Positions 13,164-26,407 of a stretch of DNA of 64,000 nucleotides are shown here, piece after piece (the stretch's first letter is position 1; every line of letters starts with the position of its first letter). The position numbers were made by a program, and so were the translations under genes. The DNA is from Octopus bimaculoides (lineage: Eukaryota): NCBI RefSeq assembly GCF_001194135.2, contig NC_068982.1, positions 32,388,627 to 32,452,626 on the forward strand, in the 5' to 3' direction. Under the pieces are notes generated by a model that did no database searches, was not told the origin of the DNA, and saw only the letters and a list, made by a program, of their open reading frames with translations.

Positions 13164-13467
13164 GTATATATATATATAATTATGTGTATTTCTTCTATCT
13201 TAATGAATAAAAATTCTTCTGATAGAATAAATGGGTTAATAGAAATCAATGTAGCAAAGAACACAAAATAACTGTGGTTTAGTTCCTGTTTTTAAGGCAG
13301 GAACTCCTTGAAATTTTGGGTATTTGAGTATATTTAAGAATTTAAGGATTGGAGAAAACGCATGTAATAATTGCATACTTTATTCCTACATATGTTTCAA
13401 AGGATTACAACCTGTGTGATCCATAGGGATCTTTGATATTAAAATTGTAACCTTCTCATCAGATATA

Positions 13468-13564
13468 TATATTAATTACTGGTGAAGGCCAGTTTATAGG
13501 GTTACCCTGGGTTTCTCGACAGCAAGAAATCCAGAGTAACCAGCCTTCACCAATAATTAATATA
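13468..13564. repeat. 97-bp palindromic mini-element
   Basis: Outer arms tatattaattactggtgaaggc and gccttcaccaataattaatata (21/22 match). Inner stem gttaccctgggtttct with agaaatccagagtaac. Confidence 0.75.
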
Positions 13565-13629
13565 GACTGCTCTACTTCTTAGAGTGTGCTGCTTCTCTGG
13601 ATTTATGTTTTTCAAAAAAAAAAAACGAT

Positions 13630-15568
13630 TCTATATATATTGTTGTATTTGGGGATGGTCATGTTGCCAGTTTAGCCAATAAAAACACACGCACTATATA
13701 TTTGGTGTTAATTTGCTTCAGCTTTATTTTATTTTTTGCATTAATCGTATTTTGGCCAGACTTCATTCATCACACTTTTGTGACCTCATCAGTGGTCCTT
13801 TGTTTTTTTCTTTCTTATTTGTGTCTTCCTTACTAATGATCAGCCATTTTGTATTCCTATTGTCTGTCTTTATTTGCACATGCGTATACCTCCATGTGTG
13901 TCTATGTTTAGTAAGTGCGTGTGGGGTGGAGTGCCTGTATTATCTGTATCCCCTATTTATACACATTCGTTTAATTTGCTTATATTTATTATGTTCATGT
14001 GTTTATACCTACTTATTTTATTATTCTTTCTTTTTTTGTATTTAATTTAATTTTGTTAACGTATATAGTTATTTAATTCCATTTGTTTATCTGTGTATTG
14101 TATTCTATTTTGTTCATATTGTTATCAGTTTATGGGGATCTTATTCTGTCATATGTTGTGGTGTGTTGGGGGTGTGTACTAGTGTTCCATTCCAATTTCC
14201 TATTCAGGCTAGGTTTATCTTCTATTATATGCATAGCTTCAGCAATTTGTCTAAGCGTTGCGTCTGTTCTATATGTAGACAAGATTTTAACTTCTATGTT
14301 GTTGAGTGAGCTCCCGTGTTCCTGCTCGGCGTGCTGGTACAGAACCGATGAGTTCTTCACTTCCTTAAGTTCCCTCCAATGTTCATTTACCCGCTCTCTT
14401 ATGCTCCGTGTTGTTTCCCTACATACGTCGTTGTCTTGTTACTGCACTGTCCCTCTGTACATCTTATACTATAGACTACATTTCTGGCTTTACAGTTTGT
14501 TTGTGGGCTAAATCTACATACAATACAGTTCCTATCAGTACAGGGGGTTCTACTAAAAGGGTAGGTTCTACCGCTTAGAGATTTGATAGGGTTGCCTGGC
14601 CTTTCAACAACCTTAATTCTTAGCTTAAGTTTGTCTAGGGCCCTTCTAAAGTGGTACGCCAGTTCGCCTCTACGGGTAGTGTCAACGAACATGACACACT
14701 GATATTTGTGGCTATCATACCATGAGTTGGCCTTCCCTATTTTCTTTTTAGTCCTTTCAATGGTGTTCCATGACTTGCTCCTATAGAGTGGGCAAATCCC
14801 ATTCTTATCATTACGTATGATAGTTTCAAATTTCCTCATGGCTCCTTTGTATACTCTGATCCTTTCTTTATGGCTGTAACCTGAGAACTGCATGTGATGA
14901 ACGAAATGTTCTAAGTGTCTCTTTAACTCTGTAGGGTCACACATGCAGGACACATTTCGCATTACTCTGACGAGGTCTGCCATCATTATATTGAATTTGG
15001 CATTGTCCGCGATAGCTGAGTTCCAGTGGATCAGGTATTTGGAGACCATAGGTTTGGCATAGTATGAATGAAGGATTCAGGTTTTATTATTTTCAGTTTC
15101 CAGCCAGTCTATGGTTAGGGTGTTTTGTAGGGTAGTCAATCGTGACCTTAATACTCTGGTGGATGGAGTTAGCTATTTGCTGAATGCTCTCCATAGTATT
15201 AGTTTCTATTTCTATTTCAAGAGTACTCTCTTGTGTGGGTGCATTTACCACTACGTTGATATCATCAACATAATGAGAGTACATATTCATGAGTATGGAG
15301 TTGTATGTCAGGTGTTCCTTAAGCCTTCTGTCTCACCATACCATGAAAAGGTTGGCCACATCACCGGCGATGCTGACGCTGATGGCTGCCCCCTTGTCCT
15401 GGGCGTATATTTTGTTGTTAAACTTAAACATGTGGCCTTTTAGGGTAACTCTTATACTAGCTCGAAGTGCATGTGCGATCATTTTCTTTACCTGATGAAC
15501 ATTTGCAGGGGTCCATCTGGCTCTGGTCCATCTGCTCCATCTCTCTATAGGTGTCTTCCTAGCCATAA
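13630..15568 (-). mobile_element. 5'-truncated Penelope-like element (RT plus GIY-YIG endonuclease, frameshifted) with 3' terminal region
   Basis: Consecutive minus ORFs: FKFNNKIYAQDKGAAISVSIAGDVANLFM (RT), YSHYVDDINVV (catalytic YVDD), thumb region, PCTDRNCIVC linker, NVVYSIRC...TYVG (GIY-YIG) and SSVLYQHAEQEH...LRQIAEAMHI...LNRKLEW. Confidence 0.9.
13754..13798 (-). ncRNA. Degenerate hammerhead ribozyme in the Penelope terminal region
   Basis: Minus strand GGACCA-CUGAUGA-G-GUCAC-AAAA-GUG(UG)AU-GAAU-GAA-GUC-UGGCC. Core, stem II and stem I are recognisable; the GAAAC is mutated. Confidence 0.55.
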
Positions 15569-16119
15569 TATATATATATATATATATTTAGTTAGGATAT
15601 TCAGCTCATAATCGTAAGGCCATGATTTCGATTCCCAGCAGTGCATTGTATCCCTGAGCAACACACTTTATTTCACAGTGCTCCAGTTCACTCAGCTGGA
15701 AAAAATGAGTAGTACCTGTAATTCAAAGGGGCCAGCCTTGTCACATTCTGTGTCACGCTGAATCTCCCTGAGAACAACATTAAGTGTGTACATATCTGTG
15801 GAGTGCTCAGCCACTTGCACATTAATTCTGCAGACAGGCTGTTCCATTGACTGGATTCACAGGAACCATCTTAGTGCCACCAATTTCAGTGAAGGTACTT
15901 CTGTTTCACCAATGTTACTTTGAAAAGTATATTGATCAACAGTGTTGGTAAAAATTGGGACTAACAAAATTCATTACATCCTAAGTAGGATGATGAGGTG
16001 AGAAATGCCTTAACAAATTCATATTTGCCCTTATCCATGATTTTCTATTTCATAATCCTTGATATGGTGACAATTTATCTATTATTCAAATTTTCAAACT
16101 AAGAAAGAATGACATCCAA

Positions 16120-16480
16120 ATATGTGTTGATAGTGATGATGAGGATGACAATGATGATGATTATGACAACAATAGCAGCAGTAATGGAAGTGGAGTGGTA
16201 ATGATAACTATGAAAAATGAAGACAACAATGATGAGGATAGTGGTGGTGGTAATGATGTTTGTGACAAGGATGATAATGACAAGGATGCTAATGATGGTG
16301 GTGGTCATGATGTTGGTAGTGATAATAGCAAGAGTGGTTGTAGTAGTGGTGGGGCTAATGATGATGATGATATAGTGGTGCTGCTAATATTAACGACAAT
16401 GATGATAATAGTGGTAGTGATGATGATGATGATGACAATGGTGATGATGACAATGGTGATGATGACACATTGTTACTACA
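16120..16480. repeat. Degenerate (GAT/GGT)n low-complexity tract; similar tracts at 25200-25380, 27660-28030 and 47478-47545
   Basis: Directly visible; it generates spurious Asp/Met/Ile-rich ORFs. Confidence 0.8.
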
Positions 16481-17029
16481 ACTACTAATACTGTGAGGTA
16501 AAACACTGCCAATATAAATAGCTCTGATACTCTTGCCTCTGACCTATCATAGCAGAGACATTGCCATTGTTCTGTCAGTAAACTTTTAATACTAACCAAA
16601 CCTAGCTCAGAACTAAATAATATTAAACTGGGTTTGTTTGACTTAATATATTTTTTACTTATGGTTCATTTTTTTCCTTTCTTTTGCAGGCCTTTTTGTT
16701 AAATTTAGGTCCATAAAGATTAAATGGATTTGAATAATCTATATATATAGAAGAATAAGAATGAAACATTTCACTGAGATTAGTGTTGTTAGAATTATAT
16801 TTGAATTGTTCTAGATTAGTAATTGGTAAACATATGCAGTATAACAATTCCAGAAGCTTGTAATTTTTAAGTATTACAAAAGAAAATATTTAGTAAGGTG
16901 ATTTGGTTGTGCAGCAAATGTGAAAATAACAAGGGAACAAAAAGTATAAAAGGGTAGATAGAATCACCATTCTTGGAGTAACAAAAGCAACAACAGTAAA
17001 ACATGGATTAAAAGTCAGCCATATATTAC

Positions 17030-17295
17030 CATTATAAAGCTTTAAGATTTTAAATTGCCATAAGTTATCAGCATAAAGCCATAGGATTTTAAATTGCTAT
17101 TAGTTACCATTATAAAGCCTTAGGATTTTAAATTGCTATTAGTTACCATTAAAAAGCTTTAGGATTTTAAATTGCCATAAGTCATCATTATAAAGCTTTA
17201 GGATTTTAAATTGCCATGAGTCATCATTATAAAGCTTTAGGATTTTAAATTGCCATAAGTCATCATTATAAAGCTTTAGGATTTTAAATTGCCAT
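17030..17295. repeat. 39-bp minisatellite, about 6.8 copies
   Basis: Unit cattataaagctttaggattttaaattgccataagtcat, starting at 17030, 17069, 17108, 17147, 17186, 17225 and 17264. Confidence 0.9.
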
Positions 17296-18384
17296 TTCTC
17301 TGTAGAATACCAAGAAACTCTGTTGGTTATTTAAAAGCCTTACTACACACAACCTATTGTGCTCCATTATCGTTTACTACACAGGCCTAACACCACCATC
17401 TTGTTCTATCTCTACAAATAATACTGTTATCATTATCCCTGCCTTCTTTCACTAACAGCATTAGCTGAGAAATCTTGAAAGGAAATCCAAGATAGGCTGA
17501 ATAATTTATAGCCTTTGTAATCTGAATTTGAATCTTGCAACAGCTAAATTAACTTTTCTATTATACAATTAACATCACTATTAATCAAAGATTAGTGATA
17601 ACAGAAACTATTTACATCATATTACTCATCCCAGGGTAACATTTCACAAATACCATTTAAAATATTTCTTTTTGAACTTTCTGTCTCTTCAACCCTAACC
17701 ATAACCCTAACCCTATCCCTACTTCAATTTCTTACTATTGTATCTGCTATTTTCATCCACCCACAGCTATTTAACAAAGATCTATATATAAATCTTTGTC
17801 ACTCCTTCCTGCACTGGTATATTACCTCAAATATCAACATTTAGAAAGTGAGCCAACAAGGAAGTCCCTTCATGGTCACTAACCCTGCAAGAAATAGCTG
17901 TCAAATTTCTCTTGAATTACACCTTACTTTCTTAAATAGCAAAGGATACATTGGATGATGTAATTTCTGGTATAACAGATAATATACCCTCAAAAATATT
18001 GATGGTTATGAGTGGAGTGCCTTTGATTCTAGGTCTGATTTGGAGCTAAAACATCAACTAATATTAAAATAGTAACATTACCTAACAACAAATGCTTTTC
18101 TCTACTAAATACACTAGTGTCTCATTAATAGCTTTACTGTTTAAATAGCCCAATCACTGCCACCAACAACAACATAGCAACTATAACAGTAACAACAACA
18201 CCAATAACACCATTACCACTACTAATGTGACCAACATCAACACCATCATGCCAGAGATGACCAGATATTCTGCAATTTAATATGAAATATTTGATCATTG
18301 AAGCAGTCCACATAAATTTAAACAAATAAAAAAAAAATTATATATATATACATATATACACATAATATATACACACAGGCAGGT

Positions 18385-18610
18385 AGATGAGTTGGTAGAT
18401 AATTATAGTCAGATAGGTAGGTAGATAGCTAAGGATGAATAGACAGATAGGTAGGTAGATAATTAGATAGGTAGATAGACAGGTAGATAGACAGGTAGAT
18501 AGGTAGATAATTAGACAGGTAGATAGACAGATACATAGGTAGATAGGTAGATAATTAGATAGGTAAACAGATAGACAGGTAAGTAGGTAAATAGTGATAA
18601 TTAGATAAAT
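18385..18610. repeat. (AGAT/AGGT/AGAC)n compound microsatellite
   Basis: Directly visible. Confidence 0.85.
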
Positions 18611-18879
18611 ATACCTCCTTATGCTGACTGAGATATACATAAGAATACATTTATGTATATATGCACATGCATATATATACTTTGTGTGTGCATGCGCACG
18701 CACATGCATTTTCGTTTTACAAATCATGTGTATTTGAAACAGAACCCTCGTTCTTCAGTTGGCCTTTTCCAGAAGACCCTCCAGGCCAGGTTATAGATGA
18801 TCCAAAAAGTACACAGAGTTTATTGCCAGAGGCTATGCTGATGTTCTTACTGTTGAAAATCTGAATGTACCATCTTCAT

Positions 18880-20620
18880 TGCCACTAACACCAAATTTCA
18901 TAACAGCCACCTTAAGAATATGTACAATTACACTTCCCCTGATCTTGTTGGTATTACTTATCTGCTTCTTAAATACAGCAGCCTATTTCTACTGCACCAG
19001 CTTTCACTCCTCTTCTAATCCTACCTTTATAATAGTGTTCCCCTGCAAAACTGTTGAAAATTGCCAGTGTTGTTTCCTTGTTCAAAATGGGTTACAGCAC
19101 ATCATCTGTAAGCAATTGCTCTATTTGTTTCACTAGTTGTATCACCAAAGTCATGGAACCCTATTTTGGAGAGATTCTCTGAAACTTTAGGAACTCTCAT
19201 AAATTAATTTTAACCAACATAGTTTGGAGTAATCCCTAACTGCAGCTGTTGTGACCAACTCGTTTAGTTTCTTGGGTTCTTGATGACATCACTTGAATCA
19301 CAGATGGCAGCTCATGGATGACTATCATCTATTTTGATTCACCAAAGCCCTTTATTCATTGCTACACAACTGACATATAACAAAGCTTTCTCTGCAGTGG
19401 TGGGGGGGGTTAATCATTATAACTATTTGAAGTCCATCATTTTTGATTGAAAAGAGATAGTCATAGTACTAAGGTAACATTTGTATCCTATATGATGCTA
19501 TCTGAAGTCCTGCAGAGATTTGTTTTTGGTTTCACATGACTGGAGATTGATTAACCGATTACAATGAATAAGGACTGAGTGAACTGTCAGTGGGGTAGTT
19601 GACGGTGTTTGTTCAATCATGTTGGTTAACTGCATTAGCTTGACGTATGTTGATTTAACAGTCAGTAGTTGAATAGTGAATACTCTGAGTATCATACCTA
19701 TATCCCAGTAGTACAGAGTGCATTCTGTGTTAACATATATTTCTGCAATAGGTTATTTTTAGATAACCACAACAAACTATTTATTTGTGCAATACCATTT
19801 TACACCAGGTGTGTATACTGCATCATAACAGTTCCCTATTCTTTTTGTTGCTTATATTAATGAAATAGACATTAACTTGAAGTATGTTACTGCACAAAAA
19901 ATACACAAACATCAGGCTGTATCTTGAGATTAAAAACAAAACTGTTCCTATGCACTATAAGTCTTTTTTGCAATCTGGTCTAGTCACAATGCAGCAATGG
20001 ATTGCTGGCTTACAACTTAAACTAGTGGTAAACAAATGCACTACTATACATTAGGGAAAGAAAGCCTAGAATTTACATTATTTCTCCACAGCACCAAATT
20101 TAAGAAGTCACCTTGTGGATCTGACTTAGGCAATAACGTCAACAATGATCTGCATTGGACAAACCATATTTCTAAAATATCACTCAGTAAGAGCTTTGCC
20201 TGCTGTTCCCTGATTATCTATTTAAAGTTATATATGGTTATGGTGCATCCACACAATTTGCATCACCAGATTGAAAACACCACCTTGTCCAGAATATCAA
20301 TCTGATGGAAGCTATCCAATGACATGCAACCAGTTGAATGGCCTCCATCAGTCCCTTATCATATCTTAAGTGATTTGATTCTCTAAGCCTCAACACACTA
20401 AATTTTTGACATCTAGCAGCTGACTTGGTGGAAGCCACAAGATTATCTACCATCTTTCCATCAACTTAGGCCATTTTGAATTTAATATCTCTACTATCTG
20501 TGGACATGTTTATAAAATCAAAATACATAGCAACACTAATGATTTTTGGAAACATTTTTCATGCTCAGAATTGTCAAGGCATGGAATAAACTAAACATGT
20601 CACTTGTTAGCTGTCCAGAC
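18880..20620 (+). mobile_element. Highly degenerate CR1/L2-like LINE RT region
   Basis: Fragments MQQWIAGLQLKLVVNKCTTIH (about 19990-20055), DLHWTNHISKIS (about 20147-20185) and RIVKAWNKL (about 20566-20595) follow the order of the CR1-group RT C-terminus. Confidence 0.5.
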
Positions 20621-23600
20621 ACTGTATTCTTCAAAAATTCTAGATTTCCCCAAATTCTCTAACACTACTCCTGACATGCCTATGCAGCCTTTCCATTTTA
20701 TCACTCTTTTACTGTTCACTTTCCCATTTCCTTTTGTTTCACCCTTATTGGGCATTTACTTTCGATTATAGATAGGTAAGTAGGTAAATAGAGATAATTA
20801 GATAAATATACTTCCTTATGCTGATTGAGATATACATAAGAATACATTCAATTATTATTGTTACCTTTCTCTTACCTAGCTTATTGCTACTTTCTGTCCC
20901 CACGAGTTGTGCGCCCTTTCCCTATGAGTTGTGCACCAATATTACATATAAGAACTGTATATTATAAGTCCTTTATATTACATTTAGCTTTAATTGTTGA
21001 TAGCAATCAGAAATGTGTTTCTCCTCATTCAGTATTTCTGAGTACTTGTCTTTAGTGTACATTGAAATACTTTTGATAGTTATTAACAAAAGATTCTCAT
21101 CAAACATATTGTTGCTTTTATGTTATAATGAAAACAAGAAAATCAAGAACTAGCTAATGTATTAAGAAAGTGTTATAGTATTTAATAAATGCAAGTTTTG
21201 CAATTACTCTAACACACGAACTTCAGTTTCTAGTCTGGTTTTCTAACTACTCAGCTCTCTTAAACATTACATAAAACATAATAATATTTGTAATTTAAAA
21301 AAACAATAAAAACTTTTACAATCATTTCATAATTCAAATTTTATAGGAAATAAATTTTCTCTTTTTTTGAAAAAAAAGTGTCAATAAAAATTATGTTTAT
21401 CACACTTTTCTTTGCATTGTGATATTCATTTGGAATTTGATTTATAAGTAAACATTGTTTACTGCTTGTAATTTTTGATTCAGAAATTAGTACATGTAAT
21501 ATTTATTAGCTTCATTTAGCTGTGTGTGTGCGTGTGCGTGTGTGAGAGAGAGTGAGAGAGAGAGTGTAAAATTTTTGGTGCTTACTGTTTTGATAAAATA
21601 AGTTCCAAAGAAGGTGAATTCTGTTATTTATTTATGTATTTCATTTACTGATAAAATAAAGTGGAATCAAATATGAAATATTTGACTATTATTTAGTAGT
21701 GATATGCTATTGTCCTCAATTAAGGTGGTAATATAGAAGGTAAAGCAGAAGTCATATTAATCTGAAGCCCTTAACCCTTTTGGTAACAACCCTGTTGAGA
21801 CCATCCATGTTTCTCCAATATAAACTTCCTATTTTAAAATTAGCTTAAAACCTTTCATAAAAATTTCATGTTAATATATATTCCTAACACCAGCTTGTTC
21901 ATAAAAGTTATTTTACTAAATTCTTCATTATTTCCAAAATTAATTACAACAAAAGTAGTGTATTTCAGCAATAATCTGGTTATGAAATAGTTATAAGAAG
22001 TCAAATAATCATCACAACCAAGAATTGAAACTGTTCTGTTTTCAACATACTCTATGTTGCTTTCTATTCTTCACATAATTTACAGTTATCCAAAAACAAC
22101 CACTTAACTGGGTGTATAATCAAAAAGAATAATAGTTACTATATTAATAACTTTTGGTCTCTAGTCAGGCTTATCAACAATTTATATTAAACTTTATAAT
22201 TAATTATGTCTTAATACAAATAACTTTTGATCTTAAAGAAAATATATACAATTATTTAGTGTCATATTTCTTCAGACAGATATCTATATTGTTACAAATA
22301 AGATTTTGAAATTTTCATCAACAACAATGTGATGCCTAAAAATGTCATTCCACATATTGGTATATTTATTGTTATGACTACAAGTCCAATAGTTTTTTTT
22401 TACAGTATTCTTTTTACCATTCGGTATGTGAATTCATATTAAATGTTTAGGATATACTAATATATATATAAAATGATTTTGTGATATTGTTGCAAAGTAA
22501 TAATTTGTTTATAACCAAAAGTGTATTTGGCTTCTCATGGAACAACTACATGGATAGTTAATAAGTAAGTACATGAATATTTGCCCAGTGGGTAAAGATA
22601 CCCATTGGTCGTGAATGACCATGGGATTGCACCTAGAAAGTTACCCTCTGAGGCACAAGTCCAAGAAAAGTTGTTTTATGGAAGACCAGCAGTCACCCAT
22701 GAATACCAGCCTCCCCTCTCCACACCACCAATGTTATCCAAGAGAAAGGCAAAGACCGATACAGCTGAGTGAACTGGAACAACATGAAATAAAGTGTCTT
22801 GCTGAAGAACACAACACAGCCTGTTCTGGGATTCAAACTCGCTACCTCATAATTGTGAGCCTGACATTCTAACCACTGAGCCATGTGAAAGAACAAGTAA
22901 ACTAGTTCCCTCATTGGGCAGATGTTCTTCCACTTATGTTTTCTATCTTTCTATATATGTATTTTATATATAAGCTTGTATGTGTGATACAGAGCTTGTA
23001 AAATAATAAACAGTATTACACTTATCTTTAGGCCATTCTGCTATTAATCAAATGGTTTTAAGATCTTATTACTATTGACTAACAAACATCCTTGGCATAT
23101 TATTATTCTAGTTCAATATGTTAACACAATTTGATATGGATAACACATTATTTGAATCATTTATAGTTTTCCATTATATAGAATAATGAGTTTTCAAGAA
23201 CTGACCACAAAGATGTAAAATAACTGCCAGATTATTATTTATTGAAATAATTATCAATCATTAAAATAATTGCCAGATTAACAAGTAAAGAAATAGATAA
23301 GAATATATTACCTGGATTCATTATTAATGTTTTTAAGCTTTACTAACTTTGAATGAAGTGATATCTTTAGAAACAAACAAGCATTATATTTTAAATTTTT
23401 GCATTTAAAATAGTCTTGAAAAGTATATAATTTTCTAAATTTTGGTAAAATTGTTAGATTTGACTAACATCATACATACAGTTATCCTTTGTTCATATTA
23501 CAAACAATAATATGGTCGTACTTAAACCACCAAACTCTTCTAACTGACTCAGTCACATCACATCATATTGTGACCTGTTTTCCCATCAGACTTATATCAG

Positions 23601-24857
23601 ACATGCTAAACACTGGATATCTTTAGAATGAATATAGTAGTACTGACTAACCTGAATAGAATCTGCACTATTGTAAATCTGATCTGATATAAACAGTTTA
23701 AAATCATTATACTTCAGTTGTTAGACTTACATTACCCTTCAGTCTATAGAGATTTTAATTGCCAAATTAATTTACAACAAACCTGAATATGTGATATTAC
23801 TCAGAATTAATTACATTTGCGCAAAGCATGGCATGGTTTTTAGTGAGGCAGAATAAAAAGCCAGTGTGGGGAATCTGTGTATTTCTTTAACATTAAATTG
23901 ATTAACTTCATGTCAAAGACTTGCTCTACAAGTGATACCTGAGATTATCCTACAACAATAACAGCAATAACAACATATCAGTGTGTATGTTTGCATATTA
24001 AAAGAACTGAGGCTGAAACATTTAATACCTAACGCATAATCAGAAAGTGAACATTTAATCTTACATGAATAAAATAATTACACATAGCACCTGATTGGAA
24101 AATGAGAGTAGATTTACATTAGTTAATAGGATTTATATCGATTAAAAAGAGCATTCCTTATTAAATAATTACTTCATAATTGTGGATATATTAATATCAA
24201 CCCTTTTATAAATATAAATATTTGCAAAGCTCTCAAGAGGATATTCTTTCTGCATTCATGTAAGCATACTTTTTATCTTTTACTTGCTTCAGTCACTGAA
24301 CTGCAGCTATGCTAGGGTACCACCTATCTTGAAGGGTTTAGTTGAACAAATAAGCTGAAACATTAGCGTGCCGGGCGAAATGCTTAGTGGTATTTCGTCT
24401 GCCGTTACGTTCGGAGTTCAAATTTTGCCTTTCATCCTTTTGGGGTCGATCAAATAAGTACCAGTTACGCACTGGGGTCGATATAATCNNNNNNNNNNNN
24501 NNNNNNNNNNNNNNNNNNNNNNNNNNNNNNNNNNNNNNNNNNNNTAACAAGAACAAAAGTAAAGTAAAAACAACAAAAAAAATAAATAAATAAAAATAGG
24601 CTCCATTATTTATTCTTCTAACTCTAGTATTTATTCTACAGGTCTCATGCTAAACCACTAAGTTACAGGGATATAAACAAACCAATACCAGGGCTATAGT
24701 AGCAGATACTTACCCCAGGTCCATGCAATGGTACGGAACTTGAAACCATGTGGTTGTAAAATAAGTTTTGTAACCACACAGCCATGCCTGCACGTAATAA
24801 ATTTATTTATAAAAATGTGCATTACTTCTTATAACAGTATTCTGGTTACCAATACTC

Positions 24858-25175
24858 ATCATCATCATCATCGTTTAACATCCGTTTTCCATGCTAGCAT
24901 GGGTTGGATGATTTGACTGAGGACTGGCGAAACCAGGCTCCAATCTTATCTGGTAGAGTTTCTACAACTGGATGCCCTTCCTAACACCAACCACTCCAAG
25001 AGTGTAGTGGGTGCTTTTACGTGCCACCGGCACAAGGGCCAGTCAGGCGGTACTGGCAACAGCCACGCTCAAATGGTGTTTTTTACATGCCACCTGCACA
25101 GGAGCTAGTGCAGCGGCACTGGCAAGGACTTCACTCGAATGTTTTCATGCTACTGGCACAAGTGCCAGTAAGGCA
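24858..25175 (-). mobile_element. RTE tail copy
   Basis: (CAT)n-cgtttaac..ttttccatgctagcatgggttggatgatttgactgagg... Other tail copies lie near 40528-40955 (+), 59810-59950 (-), 60763-60950 (-) and 62355-62500 (-). Confidence 0.7.
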
Positions 25176-26204
25176 AGGCTATGAAGAACTATACCATTAA
25201 CATTACTACAACTACATTCATACCAATTTTAACAAGAATACTGATATCATTTTCACCACTCTGATATCATGGTTAACACTACTATTAACAGAGTTCTTCT
25301 ACTACCATGCCATCATTAACAATACTATGTGCTATACTTCTAGCAGTATCAATTATACCATCACCCAACAATGCTATTGACCCTTTAGCATTCAGATTAC
25401 TCTATCAAATGCAATGCTTATTTATTCACATTTTGAATTAATCATGCATTATCTTCTACCTTCAAGTTTCCAATGATGTGATTGTTTATTTTCATGACAT
25501 TGTAGGCTAGGTCTGAGGAGTCAGATCTGGTCAATTTACACATAAAACAGAATATTTGGGTTGGATATGGCCGATTTAAATGCTAAAGGGTTATTAGTAA
25601 TTGTACCACTTCCATACTATCAGTAACAATGGCATTAATATTACTTCTACCATTCCCATACCATCACCAACAAACAATAATATTACAGCCATGAATCAGT
25701 GAGGAAGCATCTATAATCTGCTAAGGGCAGCAGCAAAGTCATCATTGAATCCAATGCTCCACTTTTAAAAAGGGAAGGTCACATTGGTTAATACAATCCT
25801 AGATACATTATCTTTTACTTTTTTATCTGTTTCAGTCATTTGACTGCAGCCATGCTGGGGCACTGCCTTGAAGGGTTTTAGTCAAACAAATCAGCCCCAG
25901 GACTTATTTTGTCAAGCCTAGTACTTATTCAATCAGTTTCTATTTTGTGGAACTGCTAAGTTACAGGGACATAAACACACTAACACCACTTGTCAAGCAG
26001 TGGTGGGGGAACAAAGACACATGCACATACATATAAAAGTGAGTTTTGGGGAAATATAATCCAGATAGATACCATGTTAGCTCTCAGTTGGGTTCCAGAT
26101 GCCAGTTAGCCACAACAGTCTGTGTCTACTATAAATTGTTAGTCACATGGCAAATTCTTCTACATTATTGTAAGTGTCTACATTATTTTCACCAATAGGT
26201 ACAG

Positions 26205-26339
26205 GTGTGGCAAAAAGCTTGCTTACCAGCCATATGGTTGCAGGTTCAGTCCTACTATGTGGCAGCTTGGGTCCTCTACTATAGCCTCAGGCTAACTAGA
26301 GTCATGTGAATAGATTTGGTAAACTGCGTAGCAGCTCAT

Positions 26340-26407
<68 letters not shown>

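Noticed and set aside
17108-17295. Open minus-strand frame through the 39-bp (13-codon) minisatellite, (DLWQFKILKLYND)n
   Set aside because: Closes after about 50 codons with no start or splice context; a by-product of the unit length.
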